Source: a virus
Taxonomy: Duplodnaviria > Heunggongvirae > Uroviricota > Caudoviricetes > Crassvirales
Strand: one strand, 5' to 3'
DNA: 26,133 nucleotides
Virus record (IMG/VR): IMGVR_UViG_2974789010_000001
Coordinates: 74,182-100,314 of that record
Of the stretch, positions 8,684 through 15,223 are shown one piece after another. Numbering within the stretch: position 1 is the first letter of the stretch; every line of letters starts with the position of its first letter. The notes under the pieces are model-generated. The model saw only the letters and a program-made list of their open reading frames with translations, was not told where the DNA came from and did not search any database. A program made the translations under genes and the position numbers.

Positions 8684-9237
8684 TGACACTAGAAGAGTTT
8701 AGACATAGCATACTAAAGGTAGATAAGCCAAGAACTCACAAAATCAGAGGGTCATTGGGTATCTATGATGGTTACAAGCATTATAGAAAGAATGGCTATG
8801 GTAGTACTGGGTATAGATTAACTGAATCTCAGTACTTCTCTATTACTAGAAGAGTTAATGAATTACTAGCTGATAACTTAGTAAATGGTGAAGAAGTAAC
8901 TTTGCCTTATAGAATGGGAAGACTTGAGATAAGAAAGACAGCAGGGGAAATTAGGTTAGATGCTAAAGGTAACTTAGTAACTAACCTGCCTATTGACTGG
9001 GATAGAACTCTTAAATTATGGTATGAAGATGAAGAATCTTTCAACGCTAAGACTCTTATTAAAGTAGAAGAGAAAGAGATATTTAAAGTCTATTATAACA
9101 GAGGTAAAGCTAACTATATCAATAAGTCATTCTATGAGTTTAGTGTTAATAGAGAGCTAAAGAAAAGGCTTAAGCAGAACATTAAAGATAGAAAGATTGA
9201 AGCAATGTACCTAGATAAAAATAAAAGATATGACTAA
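8683..9237 (+). CDS. HU/IHF-like DNA-binding protein (crAss conserved)
   Basis: 184 aa, basic. LVNGEEVTLPYRMGRLEIRK resembles the HU/IHF alpha2-beta1-beta2 signature. TAATG overlap with the previous gene; conserved position before the tail tubular gene. Confidence 0.7.
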   Translation: MTLEEFRHSILKVDKPRTHKIRGSLGIYDGYKHYRKNGYGSTGYRLTESQYFSITRRVNELLADNLVNGEEVTLPYRMGRLEIRKTAGEIRLDAKGNLVTNLPIDWDRTLKLWYEDEESFNAKTLIKVEEKEIFKVYYNRGKANYINKSFYEFSVNRELKKRLKQNIKDRKIEAMYLDKNKRYD

Positions 9238-10003
9238 AATTTGGACTGTGTACAGGCATATATCCCCATCAGGGAAGGTGTATATAGGCATTACATCTAA
9301 ACCTATAGAGAAGAGATGGAATAAAGGTAAGGGTTATATTAACTGCAAATCTTTCTATAATGCTATTGTAAAGTATGGTTGGGATAATATAAAACATGAA
9401 GTATTATTTACTAACCTACTTGAGGTGAAGGCTAAAAGCTTAGAAGTAGACTTAATAAGACATTATAAGAACTTAGGAATATCTTACAATATAACTGATG
9501 GTGGAGATGGTATGACTGGGTATAAGCACTCAGAAATAACATTAATGAAGTTAAGGAAATCTCTTAAAGGTAGAGTATCCCCAAATAAAGGGATACCTAT
9601 GAGAGAATCGACAAAAGAGAAACTTAGTAAACTGAATAAAGGGAAATCTTTATCAATAGAAACTAGAATGAAAATCAGTCAGTCTAATTCTGGAATTAAT
9701 CATCCTTTCTATGATAAGAGTCTTAGTAAAGAGCATAGATATAAGATAAGTTTAGCTCATATAGGCACTAAACTTGGAGATAATCTAGGATTTGAAAGAA
9801 GGTCTAAATCAAGAGATAACTATTGTAAAGCTGTAGAACAACTTGATGATAACCTTAATATAATTAAAACTTTTAGGTCTGCTATAGATGCTGCAAAGTT
9901 CTACAGTAAAAGCAAAAGTGCAGCTTCTAAGATAACAGAATGCTGTAGAGGTACTAGAAACAAAACATTAAATAGTAAATGGAGATACAAATATGGTAAA
10001 TGA
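9230..10003 (+). CDS. Free-standing GIY-YIG homing endonuclease with NUMOD3 repeats and a C-terminal NUMOD1-like HTH
   Basis: TVYRHISPSGKVYIGIT (GIY-YIG motifs), R in IEKRW, E in SLEVDLI, YNITDGGDG. NUMOD3-like repeats (KHSEITLMKLRKSLKG, MRESTKEKLSKLNKG, LSIETRMKISQSNSG, LSKEHRYKISLAHIG). C-terminal KAVEQLD...FRSAIDAAK...ITECCRG...KWRY. Confidence 0.9.
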   Translation: MTKIWTVYRHISPSGKVYIGITSKPIEKRWNKGKGYINCKSFYNAIVKYGWDNIKHEVLFTNLLEVKAKSLEVDLIRHYKNLGISYNITDGGDGMTGYKHSEITLMKLRKSLKGRVSPNKGIPMRESTKEKLSKLNKGKSLSIETRMKISQSNSGINHPFYDKSLSKEHRYKISLAHIGTKLGDNLGFERRSKSRDNYCKAVEQLDDNLNIIKTFRSAIDAAKFYSKSKSAASKITECCRGTRNKTLNSKWRYKYGK

Positions 10004-10694
10004 GATAAATTATATAAATCTTCGCATTATCGCAGATAGATTAACTAGACATCCTTTAATGGTTGACTTAACCCTTGAAGCTATTATACAATACACAGTG
10101 GACTTCATAGGTATTGTAGGTCTCCCTACTATCTATTATGATAAGGTTGATACTGTAGATATTAGTAACTATAGAGCAGCTCTACCATGTGATTTAATAG
10201 CTATAAGACAAGTGAAAGATGTAAAGAACAACATCTCACTTAGAGCTACTACTGATACTTTTCACCTAATACATGATGAAAAGAAACCTATAATGAGACA
10301 AGAAGGAACCTTTAAGACACAAGGTAATATCATATATACTTCCTTTAAGGAAGGTAAGATAGCTATAGCATATAGAGCTATTCCAGTAGATGAAGAAGGA
10401 TTACCTATGATACCTGATAACTCTATATTCCTTAAAGCACTAGAGTTATATATAAAGAAAGAATGGTTCACTATTCAGTTTGATATGGGTAAAATAGCAC
10501 CAGCAGTATTGCAGAATGTACAGCAAGAATATGCGTGGAAAGTTGGACAACTTAACACTGAATTCATTCTGCCTTCTGTTAGTGAAATGGAAGCTATTAG
10601 TAATATGATGAATCAACTATTACCTAGAACCAATGAGTTTAGAAAAGGGTTTAAGTCTCTTGGTAACAGAGAGTATTGGAAAGACCAAAGATAA
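9993..10694 (+). CDS. Tail tubular / ring protein (P22 gp4-like)
   Basis: 233 aa; AYRAIPVDEEGLPMIPDN and QQEYAWKVGQ motifs; lies directly before the muzzle gene, the conserved tubular-stabilization pair of crAss-like phages. Confidence 0.75.
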   Translation: MVNEINYINLRIIADRLTRHPLMVDLTLEAIIQYTVDFIGIVGLPTIYYDKVDTVDISNYRAALPCDLIAIRQVKDVKNNISLRATTDTFHLIHDEKKPIMRQEGTFKTQGNIIYTSFKEGKIAIAYRAIPVDEEGLPMIPDNSIFLKALELYIKKEWFTIQFDMGKIAPAVLQNVQQEYAWKVGQLNTEFILPSVSEMEAISNMMNQLLPRTNEFRKGFKSLGNREYWKDQR

Positions 10695-10712
10695 TTAAGA
10701 GGAGAATATAAT

Positions 10713-13700
10713 ATGGTAATGAAAAGTTCACAACATATAATTAAAGGTATGACTAGAGACTTAACAGTCTCAAAGTTCAATCCAGAGTTTGCATATGAAT
10801 GTAAGAACATTAGAATAACTGCAAGAGATAACTCAACTCTACTAACAGTTACTAATGAAAGAGGTAATTCTGAGTTATCCATCCTCACTTCTAATGGTAA
10901 TCCTCTTCAAGTGCTAGGTACTCTCATAGGATATAATGTCTTGAATAACTATGTTACTTTGTTTACTACTGGTGATAAGGATAGGATATATAGGTTGGAG
11001 AATAAGCAGACTTACTTTGAAGGCAAGCTTCTTTATGAAGGTAACTTGAACTTTAATGTCAATAATCCTATTGAGAATATCAGTGTATATGAGAATGATA
11101 ACATACAGAAAGTATATTGGATAGATGGGTTAAATCAGTCTAGAGTTATAAACATTGTAGCTGATAGCACTGTTAGTGGAAGTTGGAATGATAGTTCATT
11201 TGACTTTGTACAGGACCTTGAATTAAAAGAGACTGTAACTGTAGTAAGAGATGACTTAGCTAGTGGTTCTTTCTCCTCTGGAGTTATACAATATGCTTTT
11301 ACATACTATAATAAGTATGGTCAAGAGAGTAACATATTCTATACTTCCCCTATACAGTATATTTCTTTTGCAAGTAGAGGAGCTTCACCAGAAGAGAAAG
11401 TTAGTAACAGCTTCACTATTACTATAGCTAATCCTGATACAAGATTTGATTATATAAGAGTGTATTCAATACATAGAGCAAGTATAGATGCTACTCCTAA
11501 TGTATTAAATGTAGTTGATTTGCCTATTAATGCAGCTAATGTAAGAGCAGGTGAGACACTTACTTATACTGATAATGGCACTATTGGAACCAATGTTGAC
11601 CCTACTGAACTTCTATATGTAGGAGGTGAAGAAGTAGTATTTGGTACTATGACTCAAAAGGATAATACACTATTTTTAGGTAATGCTGATATAAAGAGAA
11701 AGTTAGTTGGACCTGATATTATTAACTCTATTAAAGGTGGTAATATTAGCTTTAATCAAAGATATGTAGGTAACTATGTAAGAACAGCAGGATATTATCC
11801 TTATAAGAATAGCCTATACCTAGGCTCTAAGATTAAATCCTTCAAGTATCTTGAGTGGTACAGATTTGGTGTACAATTTCAGTATAAGAATGGTAAGTGG
11901 TCAGAACCAATATGGATTAATGATGCTTATAATGGACCAGCCTCAGGAGGCATGGGATATGGAATATCACCATCTTATAATGGTGCTTTAACAACTGTTC
12001 AAGCTAGTTATTCATTAAACTCTGATATAATCAATAAGGTAGTTGCACAAGGTTTCATAAGAGCTAGAGGTGTAGTAGTATATCCTACTCTTATAGATAG
12101 AGAAGTAGTTGCACAAGGTATTCTATGTCCTACTGTTTACAATATAGGAGATAGATTTGGCAATTCACCTTTTGCACAATCTTCATGGTTTGCAAGACCT
12201 AATCTAGCATTTGATATTGAAAGAAATAAAAGTAACTGGAATGGTATTGGTACTTTATTTGGAGACTATGATAAGTCTAAGGCAGCAGTAATCAGTAATA
12301 AGAATGTGAATCTTACTATAGACCCAGGAACTCCATCAGCAAAGACTACTCTTATTGATATAGTTAACAAAGGGGCATGGGCTGAGTTCAGACATAATAA
12401 ACCAGTTCCTAACAACTGGGAAAGAAATGCTGAGATACAATGTATAGCTAATACACCTGCTGGTCCATATACTGCTAGTAAAGGTTCTGAGTTGAATAGT
12501 TATACAGCAAATCATGCTGAATACTTCTTTGTAGACCAGAATATACTTACACTTCATTCACCAGATATTGAATTTGATGAAGGAGTTCAGAACTTAGATT
12601 CATCAGGTCTTAAGCTAAGAATAGTAGGTGTAGTACCTATTACAGCTAATGCTTCTGAAATAGATATACAGACCTCAACTCCTGCTAATGATACAAGCAA
12701 GATGGGATTCTATAAGGAGACTATAGGTTCTGAGAATAATTCATATCATGGATTGAAGAATCTTATCTCTGGTGCATTCTGGTTTGATAAGATGACTAAT
12801 ATGAAGAATGTAGATGATGACCACGGATATACAGAATCATTCTTTGTATATGCTTGGCATAGAAATGGTTCTCTAAATAATCAAGGTCCTGTTACTGAGG
12901 GTTCTAGAACTGCAATGCTTGATAAGAAGAAGATTTCTAACTTGAAATTCTCCTCATTCTCAAAATATTTTAATGAGCCTTGGCTGGCATATAAGGCTAA
13001 TGATGCAACTCACACTGGCATTACTGGTGTTAGTATATTCAACTCAAATGAGCAATCTTTAGTAAGAATACCAGCCCCTGCTAACTCAAATCTTGGAGAT
13101 TTGAACTATTATGGTAATGTAGATAAAGTAATTGCAGCAACTAGAGTTGATGATGCTTATTCACTTACATTTGATTTCTCTGATGGCCCAAAAACTGAGG
13201 AATTCAATAGAAAGAATGGTTATCCTATAGTTGTGACTGGTGTTAATACTGCTGAATCTCTTGCTCATCAACTGTTTACTGGAGGTACATTCCCTATACA
13301 GTTTGTAAAGAGAAGTGATGGTGCTACTCTTACAGAAGTACCTAATGGTACTGATGCTGTAAGAATGAAGTATAAATCAACTCCTCATGCTGTATTTGCA
13401 TTAAACTATGCTACTGATGGCAGACAGATAGTAATGCCTACTAATAGAGAGACTGACTATACAGACTATTGGAATGTTAATGATGCTAATGTAACTAAAG
13501 GAGGTGTTAATCACTTCTTCTGGAATCCTACAGCTAAATCTATTAGTGAAAGTAAGACTCAGATAAATGATGGTGTATTTCAAGATGTAATCTCTGAATA
13601 TACAAGTAACCTAACGGATAATAACTATAGTTACTTATATCTTGCAGAGTTATATAATGATAATATTACTAATAGATTTGGTGGTCAGACAGAAGAAGCA

Positions 13701-15113
13701 TTTGAGAATAATATATGGCTTCCTGGTGGAGAGCCTATTAATCTTCTTAATGCAGATGGAACTCCTGTAAGTTATGCTAGCCTTACATATACAGAAGGTG
13801 ATACTTTTCTTGAAAGATATGACTGCCTTAAGACATACTCTTATACCCTTGAGGACCAGAATAGTGTTACTGAGATTGTATCATTCATGTGTGAGACAAG
13901 AGTAAACATTGAAGGTAGATATGATAGAAATAGAGGTCAGCTCAATAACTTGACAATGACTCCTGAAAACTTCAACAAAGTAAACAAGGTGTATAGTCAG
14001 AAGAATAACTTCTTTAACTATAGAGGTATCAATCATAGTAAGTTTAACCTAAACTACTTCCCTAATACAGTTACTTGGACTAAGGAGAAGCAATTAGGTA
14101 GCATTATTGATACTTGGACTAATATTACTATGGCATCTACTCTAGACCTTGATGGAGATAAGGGTGAAGTAATATCATTGAATACTTATAACAATGAGAT
14201 ATTCTGCTTCCAAAGAAAAGGATTCAGTAACATCTTATTTAACTCAAGAGTACAGATACCTGCATCTGATGGTATGCCTATTGAAATCACTAATGGTATG
14301 AAAGTTAGTGGTAAGAGATATGTTAGCAATACTATAGGATGTAGTAATAAGTGGTCTATAGTTGAGTCTCCTTCTGGTCTTTACTTCATTGATAATGAAA
14401 CTAATTCAATGTATCTGTTTAATGGAGAAGTGAAGTCAATCTCAGATAGTCTTGGTATGAGACAATGGGTTAATGAAAATAATACTCATATAAACTGGAA
14501 CCCTGTTACTTATGAGAACTTTAGAGGATTCTATGATAAGAATAACAATGATGTGTACTTTGTTAATAACAACTGGTGTCTATGTTACTCAGAGTTAATA
14601 GGTCAGTTTACTTCTTTCATGAGTTATGAAAGGGTTCCAGCTATGTTTAATGTAGGCAGTGAATTCTATGCTTTCAATAACAACAAACTATGGCAACAGT
14701 TTAATGGTGATTACAACATGTTCTTTGGTCAGTATAAACCTTATAGTATTACTGTAGTAGCTAATGCTGATGAGCCTGCTGATAAGATATTCAATACTGT
14801 TGAATTTAGAGCTGATGCTTATGATGGTGATAACCTTGCTCCTACTAAAACTTATGATACACTTGATGTATATAATGAGTATCAACATGGTAGAGTAACA
14901 TTAACTGACTTAAATGGAAGACCTTCTCCTTTAAAGAGAAAGTTCAGGATATGGAGAGCTAATATACCAAGAGCTAATACACCTATTAATGGTATTCCAG
15001 CTAATAATAGAGATAGAATTAGAAATACTTGGGCATATGTTAAACTATCAACTGAAACACCTAATACATATAGAACAGTGTTCCATGATATGACAATACA
15101 TTACTTTGTATAA
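10713..15113 (+). CDS. Muzzle / tail stabilization protein (P22 gp10-like)
   Basis: 1466 aa, beta-rich. KGMTRDL...FAYECKNIRIT N-terminus, VYWIDGLNQSRVIN, SGVIQYAFTYYNKYGQESN and KRKFRIWRANIPR...DRIRNTWAYVKL C-terminus, all typical of the crAss tail stabilization family. Confidence 0.85.
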   Translation: MVMKSSQHIIKGMTRDLTVSKFNPEFAYECKNIRITARDNSTLLTVTNERGNSELSILTSNGNPLQVLGTLIGYNVLNNYVTLFTTGDKDRIYRLENKQTYFEGKLLYEGNLNFNVNNPIENISVYENDNIQKVYWIDGLNQSRVINIVADSTVSGSWNDSSFDFVQDLELKETVTVVRDDLASGSFSSGVIQYAFTYYNKYGQESNIFYTSPIQYISFASRGASPEEKVSNSFTITIANPDTRFDYIRVYSIHRASIDATPNVLNVVDLPINAANVRAGETLTYTDNGTIGTNVDPTELLYVGGEEVVFGTMTQKDNTLFLGNADIKRKLVGPDIINSIKGGNISFNQRYVGNYVRTAGYYPYKNSLYLGSKIKSFKYLEWYRFGVQFQYKNGKWSEPIWINDAYNGPASGGMGYGISPSYNGALTTVQASYSLNSDIINKVVAQGFIRARGVVVYPTLIDREVVAQGILCPTVYNIGDRFGNSPFAQSSWFARPNLAFDIERNKSNWNGIGTLFGDYDKSKAAVISNKNVNLTIDPGTPSAKTTLIDIVNKGAWAEFRHNKPVPNNWERNAEIQCIANTPAGPYTASKGSELNSYTANHAEYFFVDQNILTLHSPDIEFDEGVQNLDSSGLKLRIVGVVPITANASEIDIQTSTPANDTSKMGFYKETIGSENNSYHGLKNLISGAFWFDKMTNMKNVDDDHGYTESFFVYAWHRNGSLNNQGPVTEGSRTAMLDKKKISNLKFSSFSKYFNEPWLAYKANDATHTGITGVSIFNSNEQSLVRIPAPANSNLGDLNYYGNVDKVIAATRVDDAYSLTFDFSDGPKTEEFNRKNGYPIVVTGVNTAESLAHQLFTGGTFPIQFVKRSDGATLTEVPNGTDAVRMKYKSTPHAVFALNYATDGRQIVMPTNRETDYTDYWNVNDANVTKGGVNHFFWNPTAKSISESKTQINDGVFQDVISEYTSNLTDNNYSYLYLAELYNDNITNRFGGQTEEAFENNIWLPGGEPINLLNADGTPVSYASLTYTEGDTFLERYDCLKTYSYTLEDQNSVTEIVSFMCETRVNIEGRYDRNRGQLNNLTMTPENFNKVNKVYSQKNNFFNYRGINHSKFNLNYFPNTVTWTKEKQLGSIIDTWTNITMASTLDLDGDKGEVISLNTYNNEIFCFQRKGFSNILFNSRVQIPASDGMPIEITNGMKVSGKRYVSNTIGCSNKWSIVESPSGLYFIDNETNSMYLFNGEVKSISDSLGMRQWVNENNTHINWNPVTYENFRGFYDKNNNDVYFVNNNWCLCYSELIGQFTSFMSYERVPAMFNVGSEFYAFNNNKLWQQFNGDYNMFFGQYKPYSITVVANADEPADKIFNTVEFRADAYDGDNLAPTKTYDTLDVYNEYQHGRVTLTDLNGRPSPLKRKFRIWRANIPRANTPINGIPANNRDRIRNTWAYVKLSTETPNTYRTVFHDMTIHYFV

Positions 15114-15121
15114 TAATAGTT

Positions 15122-15165
15122 AGGGTAGATAAACTAATTTAGTTGTCTACCCTTTCTTTTTTATT
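15122..15165 (+). terminator. Rho-independent terminator after the muzzle gene
   Basis: AGGGTAGA 15122-15129 / TCTACCCT 15146-15153 with inner AACTA / TAGTT pairing, followed by TTCTTTTTTATTT. Confidence 0.85.
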
Positions 15166-15172
15166 TAAAGGC

Positions 15173-15205
15173 TTTGTAATCTCAATAACTTTACTTATAT
15201 TTGCA
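15173..15205 (+). promoter_or_regulatory. Bacteroidetes sigmaA-type promoter for the cargo-protein unit
   Basis: TTTG 15173-15176, 19-nt spacer, TAtaTTTG 15196-15203. Context ACTTATATTTGCA, identical to the 7957-7969 site. Confidence 0.8.
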
Positions 15206-15223
15206 ACAAATTAAAGATATGCT

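Noticed and set aside
9230-10003. Group I intron or intein hosting the endonuclease
   Set aside because: The ORF overlaps both neighbours, leaving no room for intron core elements. The flanking genes appear complete, and there are no intein C/S...HN termini.
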